DNA from: Octopus vulgaris
Taxonomy: Eukaryota
DNA: 64,000 nt
Direction: 5' to 3'
NCBI GenBank assembly: GCA_951406725.2
Contig: OX597815.1
Location: 103,044,001 to 103,108,000, forward strand
Part shown: in pieces, positions 25,478-39,148 of the stretch
Position numbering within the stretch: position 1 is the first letter of the stretch
Layout of the letters: each line of letters opens with the position of its first letter
Translations under genes and position numbers: made by a program
The notes under the pieces: model-generated
Seen by the model: the letters and a program-made list of their open reading frames with translations, nothing else
Databases searched by the model: none
What the model was told of the DNA's origin: nothing

Positions 25478-26327
25478 CCAGAAGTAACCGGAAACAGTTT
25501 CTAGGGATAAGCCCGGTGGAGTTCAGGCTTCCTCAGGGATCGGTCTGCCGACCCGCCTCGTCTTGTTGGATCGTGCTGTCACATGGTGCTTTTTTATTTT
25601 GTAGTGCTTTTCTTCTGTCCGTCGACTTTTGCGGTGGCTAAAACGAAGGAACAGCATGTTTCTTTGAAAGTCTGTTTTATGCTGGGGAAAACAGCAGCCT
25701 AAACAGTTCTCATACTTTGAACAGCTTACGCGGACGCTTCCATGAGCAAAACACTAGTTCCAAGTGTTTTTTACGCTTTAGGGATGGTCACTTGTCGCTT
25801 GAAGACCACGTCACGGCAATCGTAGCCCTCCCTCCCGAACGAATGGAAATAACATAAAAATTCATGAACTGATCTTGAGGACCATCACCGAAAAATTGGT
25901 GAACTTATTGATATGACTGATGTGTCTTGGAGGTCCTGCAAGAAATCTTTAGAGACGAATTCCGAATGAAAAATTCGTAGCAAAATTTGTTCTTTGGTTG
26001 CTCATGGAAGATCAAAAGCAGTCACGATTAAATGCGTGTCGAGAACTAAATGAACAGTTAGAAATTGATCCGGACCTTTTTACGAAGGTCATCACAAGTG
26101 ACGAAAGCTGGTGCTACGGAATTTGCAGATGTAGAAGAGGTAAAGAATAAAAACGACGGAGCCTTTAAAAGGCATCACTTCGCAAGGGTTCTAGTACTGC
26201 TTCAAACAGTGGAAAGTGGTGCGTTGCTTCAAATGGAGAATAATTTGAAGGCGATAAAAGTGTAAACATGTAAAGCGAAGTGAATAAATAATATTACAAA
26301 ATTCCGGTTTCTTTTGGGTACTCCTCG
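25478..26327 (+). mobile_element. Decayed, internally deleted mariner transposon
   Basis: Ends ccagaagtaaccggaa and ttccggtttcttttgggtactcctcg are inverted. Translations: KVCFMLGKTAA, AKFVLWLL, DPDLFTKVITSDESWCYG joined to FADVEEVK...FEGD. Confidence 0.88.
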
Positions 26328-27044
26328 CATTTATACATCCATACATACTCACACATACATACTCACACGCACAGAAACACATATATTGTAATGGAAAAAT
26401 TATACAAAATGTGTGAATAGATGATGAGTAAAGTACCGGAACAGTCTCAGTTACCTGCTGTTATCCATAGATTTACTCCTGGAACTTCGCAGTGGCGGTT
26501 GGAGTAGTAGTATTAATAGGATAGTAGATGGAATGTATAGTAGACTTTATTGAGTACGAGACATGATTTGACCCATCGTTCTGGGTCTCTTCCAGAACAT
26601 CAATAAAAGTGTCGCACTTGAGATTTCTTTTCTCGGCTTACCACTACATATCTGTCAACTTCGAGACTGAATAAAAATCCAAGCCCTCTCTCCTATATAC
26701 CCCCACATCTATCATCGCTTCCTACCTCCCCAAATCACACGACCGATATTGTCCACCATGCTGTTATACATTCTATATATATATATGTAATAATATATAT
26801 ATATATATATATGAAAGTAGGTTTGAAAATGCAACTTTAAAAATGTTTATTCACTTGACCGGTTGAATTTTTTTAGAGAAAGATTGTCAAAAGTAAAATG
26901 CAAAACTTTTTATAAGCTCTGTTGTGTGAAGTAGTGATTGTTACAAAAGTATTAAAATACATATATACATTCTTTGATAATAATATAAGATGCTAAAAAC
27001 AGTTTAAAAGAAAGTATTTAAGAAAATATTCAACAAAAACGTAG

Positions 27045-27740
27045 GGTAGTGTGTGTATATGTGTGCACGTTTGTATGTGATTAATATTTGTTAGGGTGTT
27101 GTGTGTACGGATGTGTGCGTATGTGTTTGTTCACGTGTGTGTATGTTGCATATGTGGGTGCGTGTGTATGTTTGTGTGTTTTGTGTTGGTGGGGATATTA
27201 TGTGTTTATACGTGAGTGCGTGTGTGTGTGTCTGTCTGAGTATGTTTGTGTTGTTTTAATTGTCCTTGTGGTGTGTGTATGTGTGTGAGCTACCGTATGT
27301 GTGCGTCTGTGTGTGCGTGTGTATGTTTGTGTGTTTGGTATTGGTGAGAATGTTATGTGTGTGTACGTAAGTGTGTGTGTCTGAGTATGTCTGTGTTATT
27401 TTAGTTGTCCTTGTGGTGTTTGTGTGTGTGAACATGTGTGTGTGCTGTATTTGTGAGTGATTTGTTTTGTTTGTATTGTTAGTGCAGTGTATGTGTATAC
27501 GCGTGGGTGTGTTTGTGTGCGTGTGACTATGTGTCTTGTATTTGTCGGGGAGGTGTGTGTCATTGTGTGTGTGCATGCTTGTGTGTATATGTGTTTGTAG
27601 TTATTGTTGGGATTGTATTGTGTGTATATGTGTGCGTTTTTCTTTTGAGTGTGTGTGTGATTTTTTACTGGGGAACGGACGTATTGTGTGTGTGCGTGTG
27701 TGCACATATGTGTGCATATATACTCACATATACACAAAGC
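27045..27740. repeat. Degenerate (GT)-rich low-complexity region with an internal duplication
   Basis: gtctgagtatgt..gtgtt.tttta.ttgtccttgtggtgt recurs at about 27233 and 27378. Confidence 0.85.
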
Positions 27741-28063
27741 ATCTAGTCAACCCGAGGCTACAGTAGGACTTACTTTCCCAAAATGCCGCATAGTGGGATT
27801 GGACCCGGAAATATGAGGTTTGGAACACCTGCGTCTATATACTTATAAGAACCATAAAAATTCAAGAGTATGAGAGATTATATATTTATTTAACCACTTG
27901 ACAGCCTTAAGATTGTTTTACATCATACTATAAACTTGTATATCTACAAGTCAATGCAAATTAAGTAAGCTAGCTCATCAGATCACCCGAACGCGTACTA
28001 CACACGCAAACACACACACGTGCGCGGGCACACACACACACACATACACACACACGTGCGCGG

Positions 28064-28109
<46 letters not shown>

Positions 28110-28535
28110 TGTTCTGACTGATTCTTCTAGGCAACAATAACGTGACGCAAAAGAGATAAACGTGTTACTAATAACTTACATATCCAAAAGTTGTGTATTA
28201 AAAACTGTGAGAAACAACTGAATATCTGAACAATTGACTGCAATCAATATAGCACTGCTGCAGTTATACACGCAGAAGCAACTTAATCGTCAATGTGACA
28301 CAGTAAATGTATAAAAACTTTGATTATATTGATAGATTTAGCATCTTGCTACTTCCAATCAAACAGTCAGGTAATCATGCGAAAATAAGGCTAAAAAATG
28401 TTCTCAAAAATAGTGAAAGTTAAAAAAGTGATCTTGTCCATAAGACATGTTGAAAAGAACCGTTGTTTTGCATAAATATATATACTTCGTACATACATAC
28501 AAACATACATATATGTATATATATATATATATACT

Positions 28536-28595
<60 letters not shown>

Positions 28596-28614
28596 TATAT
28601 ATACATGCATACAT

Positions 28615-28664
<50 letters not shown>

Positions 28665-28719
28665 GTAAAAGTAGAACGTTGGAATGAGTGCTAAACACCT
28701 CATTAACTTAGATAACTTA

Positions 28720-29220
28720 GATAACTCGAATACGTTCCGACCAAGGATTGGTCCAGGTCATGTCTAACTTAATAGCACTACCTGATAGGATTAGCTAAAT
28801 CTTTTTAAAGTCAAGTCTTGTTTTACTATGGTCTATTTGAGTAGGAAGTTCTTGTTGAGTGGCTTGTATTCAGGTATAAGTGGCTAATCTAGTTTTCCTC
28901 AGATTCCGACTAAAGGTAATGGAATCCTTTTCCTTTTTCATTTGTTTCGAGACAATGTCAAATAGGACAGGAGCTGATGAGGAAAAGAAATTGTGTTGCA
29001 GTGTATTTATGTGTTGTGATCCTGAATTGAAGCTAATGTTGAGGTTGTTTGGGCAATGCTGGTGGTATATTCTCCATATCGTGCAAATGATGTATCAGTC
29101 AAAACGTGGCTGGAGAGAATAGAGTTTCAATTATTTAAGGTGGTCCCATTAATCGAGATCGGTCATGCCATTAATTCTTTTAGTAAATGACCTCTGGGGT
29201 GATTCAATTTTCGAGATGTT
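28720..29220 (-). mobile_element. CR1/L2-group LINE 3' fragment
   Basis: Minus strand WDHLK*LKLYSLQPRFD*YIICTIWRI...SAPVLFDIVSK resembles the YWxRLxxLxLYSLQRRRERY...GPRLFN C-terminus. Confidence 0.7.
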
Positions 29221-29319
29221 TTGTTGTATGGGGAGACCACAGGGGGAGGCAGTATTCGTGGTGTGGCCGTACAAATGAAGAAGAAAGAGGAATGATGAAG
29301 TTTATATATATATATACGT

Positions 29320-29560
29320 TTATATATTTGTTTTGCAATATTTTTTACGTAAAATCGTGTGTTGAAACAGATATTGTTGTATTTAGGAATGGTCATTTTG
29401 CCAGTTTAGCCAATAAAAACACACGCAGTATATATTTAGATTTCTTTGCTTCAGCGTTATATACTTTTTACAATAATCTTAATCTTATTTCGGCCAGAGT
29501 TCTTGCGTCACACTTCTGTGACCTCATCAGTGGTCCTTTGCTTTCTTTTTTCTTATTTGT
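29320..29560 (-). repeat. PLE pseudo-LTR-like repeat with a decayed hammerhead core
   Basis: Minus strand CTGATGAG-gtcaca gaag tgtgac-gcaa at about 29505-29531; similar to 2745-2960. Confidence 0.55.
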
Positions 29561-29642
29561 GTGTCTCTCCTTACTAACGGTCAGTCATTTTGTATTTATA
29601 TATATGTACTTACATATAAGAGACCAAAGTGCACGTACACCG

Positions 29643-29696
<54 letters not shown>

Positions 29697-30049
29697 GAAC
29701 ACAAAATATGGGACAAGGACACAAAACATCCACACAGGTGATAAAAAAGAGGGACATATACGACAGACTTCTTTAAGTTTCAGCCTACCAAATACACACA
29801 CAAGTTCCTGGTCAACCCGAGAGGCTATATTAGAAAACACTTGCTCAACATGCCACTATCAAATGACTAAAATGTGTATAAGAGTAAAAGAGCAATTATT
29901 TAAAAAACAATTTTTATTTAATAGAATGTCATTGTTCCTTGTGGAAGAAGTTTGTTATAGTGTGCATTTTGTGTGTAAGCGTTTTCGTTGTTCAACTATT
30001 CATATACCTGTGTTCTGGGCTAATAATGTAAGTTGCTTTGGGAATTGTG

Positions 30050-30560
30050 TTATCAATCTCCGGTTTAGCTTCGGATGCAGAATTCTTATAAGGTTTTCTC
30101 TTTTGCCTTTCGTAGTGGAACATTTTCCTCTTATTTTGTATAAGGGGAATATTTAAAACATTTCATTTGCACAAATGTCTACATGTTTACTACAAAGAGC
30201 ATTTTTGAAGGGATGAGTCTTTAATTTGATGTTCATACAAGTTTACACGGCTGGTTAGTTCTGTTCCAGTTTCCTTAATGTAATTTCCGTGCATTGTGGG
30301 CAATGATGCAACTGATAATATTTTTTTGATTTGCAATTCATGTTTGTACTCACTTTCAATTCCTTCCCATTCTTGAAGCTTTTGTCTGTTCCTTGTTCAG
30401 TTATTTCACATGTCACACAATGAGGACCACCACAGTTTGTTACCAACATTATTTCTTTCTCGCCTTTGGTGGCTGTCTTCGGATGTTGATGGTTTGTGGT
30501 TTTCTAATTATTCCTCGGTGATTTGATGATTGATGTATAATTAGGAAGTATCGTTTGGCC
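30050..30560 (-). mobile_element. Decayed PLE GIY-YIG endonuclease fragment
   Basis: CGGPHCVTC...FKNGKELKVSTNMNCKSK...HCPQC, ending NLIRILHPKLN. Confidence 0.75.
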
Positions 30561-30899
30561 GAATGTAGGAGGTTGTTCCTAGGAATATGGAATATCTACG
30601 TATATGTATATTTGTTTTCAATGTACTTTTATGCACATATACAAAAGCGTGGTGTATGTGTATGTGTGTGTGTCTTTGTGTATGTGTTTGCCTCCACCAC
30701 GGCTAGAGGGCCAGGATTGTTTTTTTTATGTCCGCACAGCTTGACATCTAAGTATGGGTGACTGATAGAATAGGATTAAAGAAAGAAATGCACACTGGAG
30801 TTAGCTTCCTTGATATTCCATAAGAGCGGTTGCGGTTCAGTGGCTAAAATAAGTGACGGTTATATATAGTCAATTCACATAAAAAATTCAAATGAACGA

Positions 30900-31090
30900 A
30901 TGGAAATCGAAAAAATAGCAACAACGAAAGGAACAGTGAACGCGTGGGCATGCACAAGAAGTGTATTAACTTGACGCCCAGTGAAAGGAGAGAGTCTAAA
31001 GGAGAGAGTTTTCGAGCATAACTCTTCGTGGGAAAGGAGAAAGGGAAAATCCCAAGGAAAAAGAAATCGCCAACGGCCCACATTGCTGAG
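30900..31090 (-). mobile_element. PLE pseudo-LTR relic with a degenerate hammerhead-like motif (31008-31035)
   Basis: Minus strand ctttccc-ACGAAGA-gttatgctc-GAAA-ac and downstream ctgggcgtcaagttaatac resemble the 1512 and 17881 motifs. Confidence 0.5.
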
Positions 31091-31117
31091 ATATATATAG
31101 TATGTATAGCAGATGAT

Positions 31118-31290
31118 TCTTTTGACTGCGACCATACTGGAGCACCGCCTTTAATCGAACAATTCGACCCCAAAACGTATTCTTTGTAAAGCTAGTACCT
31201 CTTCTATCGGTTTCTTTTGCCGAACTTCTAAGTTACGGTAATGTAAACACTAACATCGGTTGTCAAGCGATTGTGGGGGTTACAGACACA
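31118..31290 (-). mobile_element. SINE 3' half
   Basis: tttgactgcgaccatactggagcaccgcc...ttttgccgaac..ctaagttacgg matches 32740-32920. Confidence 0.85.
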
Positions 31291-32739
31291 GACACAGACA
31301 CACATACATATACACACACACGCACATACACCTATATACAGGGTGAGTAGTGCAACCCATTTGCTTATAACTAAATAGCAGCTATATTATTAGCAGTTCT
31401 TATGGAATTTGGTTGTCCAAAGTTTAAAGGACAATAAACATTTATATTTGCTACTTCTTGAGTCAAAGAGAACAAACGTTTATATTTACTATTTCTAGAG
31501 GTTAGCTCAGTTAAAAAAAATATTTGGCGGAATTGATATCCTGGTTACCGTTTAGCGACACTTCCGTGGTTCAAATTGTGCAGGGGAATCATATTGCTTT
31601 TGTCTGTGGCTATATTTGTTGACCTTACCTACATACATCTACACAGACGTGTACATACAAAAATATATGGAGTAAGGAGGAAAAGAGAAAAACTCTAACA
31701 AAGGAATCGATAAAATCGTGCTTATAATGCTTCGAGGTCAAAGATTGGAAAATCACAAGTCTGTGTATTTCTTTAACTAAAAGAAATGTACTATTAGAAA
31801 TCTATATGAGAAAATAATAGACAGTACAAAACAATGGGAAAAATTGAGAGAAAATATAGGAAGAGAAAGTAAACTTGTTTTTGTCGCAAGATAAAATATA
31901 TTTTACATATTATATAAATATATTTTGTTTGCCATATGTTTGTATACACGTAAATAATCTGCGATTACAATATTTTTTCCAAATGTAGGAACCATTAAAT
32001 GGGCATTTAATTTCTGTTGAGCTTGTCTAGCTGATAGAACAGAAATGTTTACAAGTTACCAAGCTAGTGTTAATAAACAATTTCCTCCATGCGATCGTCG
32101 CTCTCTTTCGTAAGTCTGCAAAAACAATATAGCTATAAATATTGAGTTTTCTCTCTTGCTAGCTTACACAGAATATATAATATAAAGGAAAGCGGTTCGC
32201 AATTATCTCTCTAGACACTCGGCTATATCTTTAAGGGGTGCTGTTGTTATTGTGTGGGGTGATGCGCTCATCTTCAAAAAGAAATAAATTTGTGCGTGTG
32301 TGTGTGCGTGCGCGCGAGCGTGCGTGTGTGTGAGTGTATGCGTGTGCATGTCCGCGTCTGAATGTGTGTATAGATATATCTTCAGGTGTTTCAGGTGTTG
32401 ACCGAAACCATCTTACAACATTCCGTTATTTAATGTATCGTGTCGGTAAAGCAGTCGTAGAAGCCACCTTGATTATTGATCAGGTGTCATTAGATTAATC
32501 AAATAACAAAACTACTGATCTGTTGTGTAGAACCGTATTCTGCCACCAAAGAAGATTCAAATCTGAAAGATCAGCCTCGTGTTATTCACAAGCATGTAAA
32601 ACTTTTATTTAGCGAAATGCTATAAATCAAACTATCCAGTACATTATAATGTGTGTGCTGCGCGCGCGTGTGCGCGTGTCGAAATGTATGCATATATCTT
32701 GTTATTATTGTGCTCTAGTTCAAGCGTTTCCCTAATACG

Positions 32740-32956
32740 CTTTACGCTTTTACTTGTTTCAGTCATTTGACTGTGGCCATGCTGGAGCACCGCTTTTAGT
32801 GGATCAAATCTCGACCTGTTCTTTGTAAGCCTAGCACTTATTCTATAGGTCTCTTTTGCCGAACCGCTTAGTTACGGGGTCGTAAACACAACAACATGTG
32901 TTGTCAAGCAATGTTGAGGGAACAAACACAGACACATAAACATATACGCACACACA

Positions 32957-33045
<89 letters not shown>

Positions 33046-33207
33046 ACGACGGGCTTCTTTCTGTTTCCGTCTACCAAATCCACTCACAAGGCTTTGATTG
33101 GCCCGAGGCTATAGTAGAAGACACTTGCCCAAAGTCCCACGCAGTGGGACTGAACCCTGAACCATGTGGTTGGTAAACAAGATACTTACCACACAGCCAC
33201 TCCTACG
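32740..33207 (-). mobile_element. Full-length tRNA-derived SINE with an internal (TA)n
   Basis: Head taggagtggctgtgtggtaag...gggttcagtcccac, body ttgggcaagtgtcttctactatagcc; same family as 46990-47355. Confidence 0.92.
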
Positions 33208-33852
33208 ACTAAATTCATAAATCATCTGGTAAATGCCATGCTAAAGTGTTTTAAGAATGAATAAGGCTGTATTGTTGATAGATCTGGTCCTTTAAGAGAA
33301 TATGTGTGTGATCTGAAGGCGTATTGCATACATTTCTAGCAGGATGAGTGACGTTGTAATGTTTCGTTGTACATCGTGTCACAAAGATCTTGATATGATA
33401 TACAAATAATTTTTAGCAAACTGCCAGGTTTCTTGAGTTCATATACTACTGTTGTCATGTGTGTTGTTGACATATATCAGTATTTGTAAAATATTGCATC
33501 GGTTTTTCTGTACTCATTGAAGACAACAATCATTCATTCTTATTGTGTCAGTAGTCTTTTTCTGCCAATTCTTTGATATTGTGATATTATACTATGACGT
33601 TTACAACGTCGAATATATGTTAGGAAATTGGCACCGGGTTGAAAGAAATTAAATCTACAAATACTTATACAGATACATATACATAGATACATATAGAAAT
33701 GTTCATACGCTTGTACATACTTGTAAACATATGTGGGTGCATATGTAAACATATGTATGTGTATATGTGTGTAGTTCTCTGTGTGTATATATATATATGT
33801 ATATATGTACATATGTATATATCTATATCTATATATATCTATATATATATAC

Positions 33853-34097
<245 letters not shown>

Positions 34098-34993
34098 CAT
34101 AGATGTATGCTTACATGCACACACACACATAGGTATGTATATTTCCATGAATGCGTATATGTTAGAACCTTTAAGTTTGGTTATGTCTATATATGTGTGT
34201 GTGTGTGTGTATGTGTATGTGCATTTGAATGTGTGTGTGTGTGCAAGCGCGTGTGTGGCGTGAGTGTGAGTATGCTTGTTTGTGTGATTCTCTACGCACA
34301 ATGTAGTGTTAATGAAAGATATAGAGATAGCAAGGAGAGGTGGAGAGAGCGCGGGAGGCAGAGATAGACAGTTTTGTATAATATCCGTTGTAGAATATGG
34401 AAGGAAATATTCGTTAACTATACTGTATTTGTAAAACTTCTGCAGAATATATTAAGTCTCTTGTTATGTATTTATTGCAACCTATAGCCTCTTTCAAATG
34501 GCAGCATATTGCGGAAAACACTGGACAGATTAACTTCTCATATCCAGTTACTCCACAATGAGATTCAAGTTTTCGTCATTTCTCGCCTCCCTCACAGATG
34601 CTCTCGTATATTTAGGGGTATAATTAAATAGCAGTTTAAAATTTTACCCACTGTTACACAGTCGAAAATATATTCGAATTAAATAAAGGAAGCCGTAGGT
34701 ATGATGGATCTTGTAAACTTCTGTATCAGAAAATAATTATTATAAGCAATGATCATAAATAGATGGAAAGTGGAATAAGATGCTTCCTGAAAAATTGGGG
34801 TAATTGCCTTCTGTTTTTCTTTCTCCATCTTACTTTCTCTCCCAACTCTTCGTTGTTAGATTGCAGTTTCAGAAACTAGACAATAATTAATCAAGTGACT
34901 TCAGATATAAGACTCAGTTATGTTAACTGCATATGAATTATTCTGGCCTCAAATGTACTTATATATCATAAAGACGTAGGTAATATAAATACC

Positions 34994-35181
34994 TATTTCT
35001 TTACTACCCACAAGGGGCTAAACACAGAGGGGACAAGCAACTGGTACTTATTTAATCGACCCCGGAAGGATGAAAGGCAAAGTCGACCTCGGCGGAATTT
35101 GAACTCAGAATGTAGCAGCAGACGAAATACCGCATAGCATTTCACCCGGCGTGCTAATGATTCTGCCAGCTCGCCGCCTTC
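34994..35181 (-). mobile_element. tRNA-derived SINE with a Meta-like central domain and a 17-bp TSD
   Basis: aaggcggcgagctggcagaa...gagttcaaattcc...gtcgactttgcctttcatccttccggggtcga; direct repeat taggtaatataaatacc at 34977-34993 and 35186-35202. Confidence 0.92.
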
Positions 35182-37554
35182 AATATAGGTAATATAAATA
35201 CCGTAACAATATTAGTATGCTATGTTAAACAAATCTCCCTTAAATCTAAGGACGGCTAACATAATGTACGTCACACGTTGTAGGTTCCACTGTAAAACAT
35301 CAATATAAATCCATTCTGCATATTTGAATTTTCGTAAATTGAAATTCATTAAGAATAATATTTTAAAACCGCTGTCCTTACATATATGTGCAATTACCTA
35401 ATTCAATTTTTGTTATCGAAGCTTACCTTCCTTTTCAGTAGTATATTTGTTGTAGTCACGGTTTGTATATTCTTTCAATATCAATAATGCATCAATACAA
35501 CACAGCTAATTCTTTCTCTAACGTTAGTAAATGATTGAATGCTTAAAAGTATGTCCCTTCTTAATTGACGCTCCATTGACAAATATTTGTTTGAAGTTAC
35601 ATTGGTAAATCTTACAAAGTGCCGTGTTTGTAATGTAGTCAGTGTGTTCATAAAGTTTTTTTCCTTGTATAGGTTTCGTTCAGCATCTAATCACGTATTT
35701 CATGAACACATCCATAGATTTTTCATAACTTTCAAGAGCGTTCGCTTATTTTGCACGATCAGTTTTTTATTATATAATTTTGTCTGCAGGCATGACATTG
35801 TTCGAATACAATCTATCGTTTAGATTACATTAGCGACGCCTGATCAGTGGCACATATACGTTCTATTTATTAATACTAAGCATATTTGTCAATCTATGGA
35901 CTATCTACTTTTACCATTGTATTTTTGGTACAATGCTTCAGTAGCGTGTATCGAGAGATAACAAGGACAAAATTATTTTCAGAAAGCTGTACGGTTAACT
36001 GGTGCATAAAGCTCTATGCTATCTGTCTCTGTTCATGTTCCTTTCCAGCTAACATCCGGGTTGACTAATCTTACATATTGGTTACTGTCGGATGGTAACG
36101 CATATGTTTTTACCCACTTTTTACAATCTCCGCTAAATATTTAATGTTTTTACATTCTTTAGTGTTGCAAATTTCATTCTCATTATCAGGCATTAATGCA
36201 AATTTCATTCTCAGGAACACATTTACGGTCCCACAAAACCCGAGTGGAACTTCACTGCCGACTGTTTGCTAGAAATGAAATTAAGATTTGCTCCAATCAA
36301 GCTCTTACGTCTGGAACGTCTTTTAAGATGACATTGCATATCCGTTAACTGATTGATTCTTTGTTAATTTTAAACTGACTACACACACCAAATTACTCCT
36401 TGTATGGTGCACCGGAGGAATCTAATGCGGACCCCTATTACACTGTACAGTATGTAGAAATCTTCAAGTCCTTTCTTTGTCAAATGCATCGCATTTTAAA
36501 CTGAAAACAGGGTTAAACTTATAAATCGTTTTAAACAATCAACTCATTTATTACCATGTTTGTTCCTTCAGTCCCAACGACCTATAAAACCATGTGTTGG
36601 CTCAGTATTTCTGACAAGAGAAACTCTGTACTACGTTGTTTGAAAATGGCATGACAATCCTTACCTAAGTTTCAGATCACACTTTTTTTCTGTTTATAGA
36701 GTATACTAGCAAATATGGACCGGATTTCATTGCATCCCCTACATCTATTATACTATATTGTTCTCTCTTCTGAATATTAATTACATACTCCATAGGTTAG
36801 TTTTATTCATGCGTATTTCGACATGGCACTCAATATAGATTTCAGCGCTGCATGACTACCAATAGAACTGGTGGTATCCAAAGCTTCCCTCTGCCTGACT
36901 AGAAAACATTCACCAAAACTGTTCAGTTTAAAATGCATTTATATTGTTTCCCCTTTTTCACTTCACCCTCTGCACCATATCTTCTTAGCCCTTGTCCCTA
37001 AACTTCATACGCGCTGGTATCTCATTAAGATTCAAATGTAACACAAATGCTCGTTACAACTGCATCAGTAATAAACACAATAGCAGTTTCTTCATATTTA
37101 GGAAGGTCTGTACAGATCTTGACCATTGCCTTGGTTTACTGCCATATAGAAAAAATATAGATATTGTTTCACTGTAAATATATAAGGTTGCATTTCAGCA
37201 TATTCGCTAAATATTCATGATATGAATATTTAATATTATTGTTATTATAGTAGAGGATATCCTTATTTCATTTCCATTTCTTTGGTTCACAAATATTCTG
37301 CTGGAACGTCCCTTGAAAGTAACCTTATCGTTTGAATCTGAATGATTAATCAATGTGATAGTACTTCTAGGTGAGTTGTGATAGAAATTTAATTTCGATT
37401 ATCTGCTAATGCATGTTAAATTCAATTATATTAATAATCCTTTAGAGGACAATAGAAACAGCACAATATGTTCCTGCTAAAGATGCAAACTTTGTTGCTA
37501 GTCATGATGAACAAATGTATGGATTATCAAAAACAGAAGACAAAGACGAAGACG

Positions 37555-37665
37555 ATGGCGACGACGACGACGACGACGACGAAGAAGAAGAAGAAGAAGA
37601 AGAAGAAGAAGAAGAAGAAGAAGAAGAAGAAGAAGAAGAAGAAGAAAAAAAAAAAAAGAAAGAAA
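37555..37665. repeat. (GAC)n(GAA)n trinucleotide microsatellite
   Basis: Read directly from the sequence. Confidence 0.97.
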
Positions 37666-37912
37666 TGAGCATGAAACTCATCTAAATATATAACTATTCT
37701 CATAACTGTTATATTGCATATATTTCTAAAATCTCAAATGTAAAAGGGGTAGCAGCTCACAATGACGTTCTCCAATATTTCGAATCTTTACCTCTCTCTC
37801 TTTCTTTCTTTCTCTCCCCACACCTCTCTCTCTCTTCAATGGCCATCAGTAATGTTTTCGTAGAGCAAGGTCCACATGTGTCCTACATCTTTACGTCATA
37901 TTCTCCTTAGAG

Positions 37913-38097
37913 CAGCGATTCCTAACGTTTTTGCCCTCACGACTTCTTACCCAAAAGCCCGAAACCCAATCGACCCCCTACTATCAGCAGAACCTAAAAA
38001 TGTACTTGATGATTTGAAATTAATATTATCCCAATCCACTTCTAGCATGGTTACTCGGCTTCCCAGGGAATCGAGAACCATCGGTTGTGAACCTCTG
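37913..38097. mobile_element. hAT (Charlie-like) MITE
   Basis: TIRs cagcgattcctaac / gttgtgaacctctg; 8-bp TSD ccttagag / cctcagag. Confidence 0.75.
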
Positions 38098-38249
38098 CCT
38101 CAGAGAAATTCAGTGAAAGCAATTTATTATTTTAGATATCAGCAATGATATAGGAATCTCTCTTCGAAACTTACTGCCTGCGGACTTTGTCATTCACTCA
38201 ATTCTTGAATCGGTACCGTTCAGTCAGATCACACTATCAAGACATGTGT

Positions 38250-38900
38250 TGAATGAATTATGTCTTTGCCAATTTTAGTTGTCTATCGTTTATTTCAGGG
38301 ATCATTTTGTCACATACATTCTTTCTTTCATACAACAATGATCTACTTGCTGTGATGTCCAGCAACTACCACTCGTATGTAGATGGTACAAACTTTCATT
38401 CCTTTGTAAATTTCTTACACAAGCTCGATCAACATGTGATTTGGACGCTACACACCAGCACTGCGCTCAAACTCTGAACAGAAACTTCGAACATATACTT
38501 CAAAATTTTCAACTAGTACTCAAATCAAGAACGCAATGCCGGACTCAATATTCCTCAATCATGAGAACTACACAACTAAAGCCCTCTTATTGGTCCATGC
38601 GTTAACGTTCACAAGCATCGAGGATTTTTTGGCAGAAGTATATCCCAAACATAGGTTGAAGCGCATCTCTTTAGTGACAGGAAACAAACATAGAAGAAAG
38701 CCTATCAATTTCTAAGTCATTACCAAATTCGAACAAGATCCGCACACACATCTGCGTAAGTGCTACTACAGCACCCACAAACAAACTAGTCTGCATCAGG
38801 AAATGATTGGCATAAACTAACTCACAGACACACTCCAGCCTCTGGTCCACGGGCAATCTCTTTCAATCCCTACTTTTTCTAAGCTCCAATAATAGCCTCT
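38250..38900 (+). mobile_element. Decayed CR1/L2-group LINE RT fragment
   Basis: SGIILSHTFFLSYNNDLL...YHSYVDGTNFH corresponds to QGSVLSPTLFLxxINDL...HSYADD. Confidence 0.75.
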
Positions 38901-38993
38901 GTCCCACATTCTAGATTGGTTTTGTGCCTTTCCTCACATGCAATCTTGTTGCATTCGTCTCACTGTCAATATATATTCACGCACCCTCCCATA

Positions 38994-39024
<31 letters not shown>

Positions 39025-39052
39025 CTCTCTCTCTCTCTCCATATGTATATAT

Positions 39053-39145
<93 letters not shown>

Positions 39146-39148
<3 letters not shown>

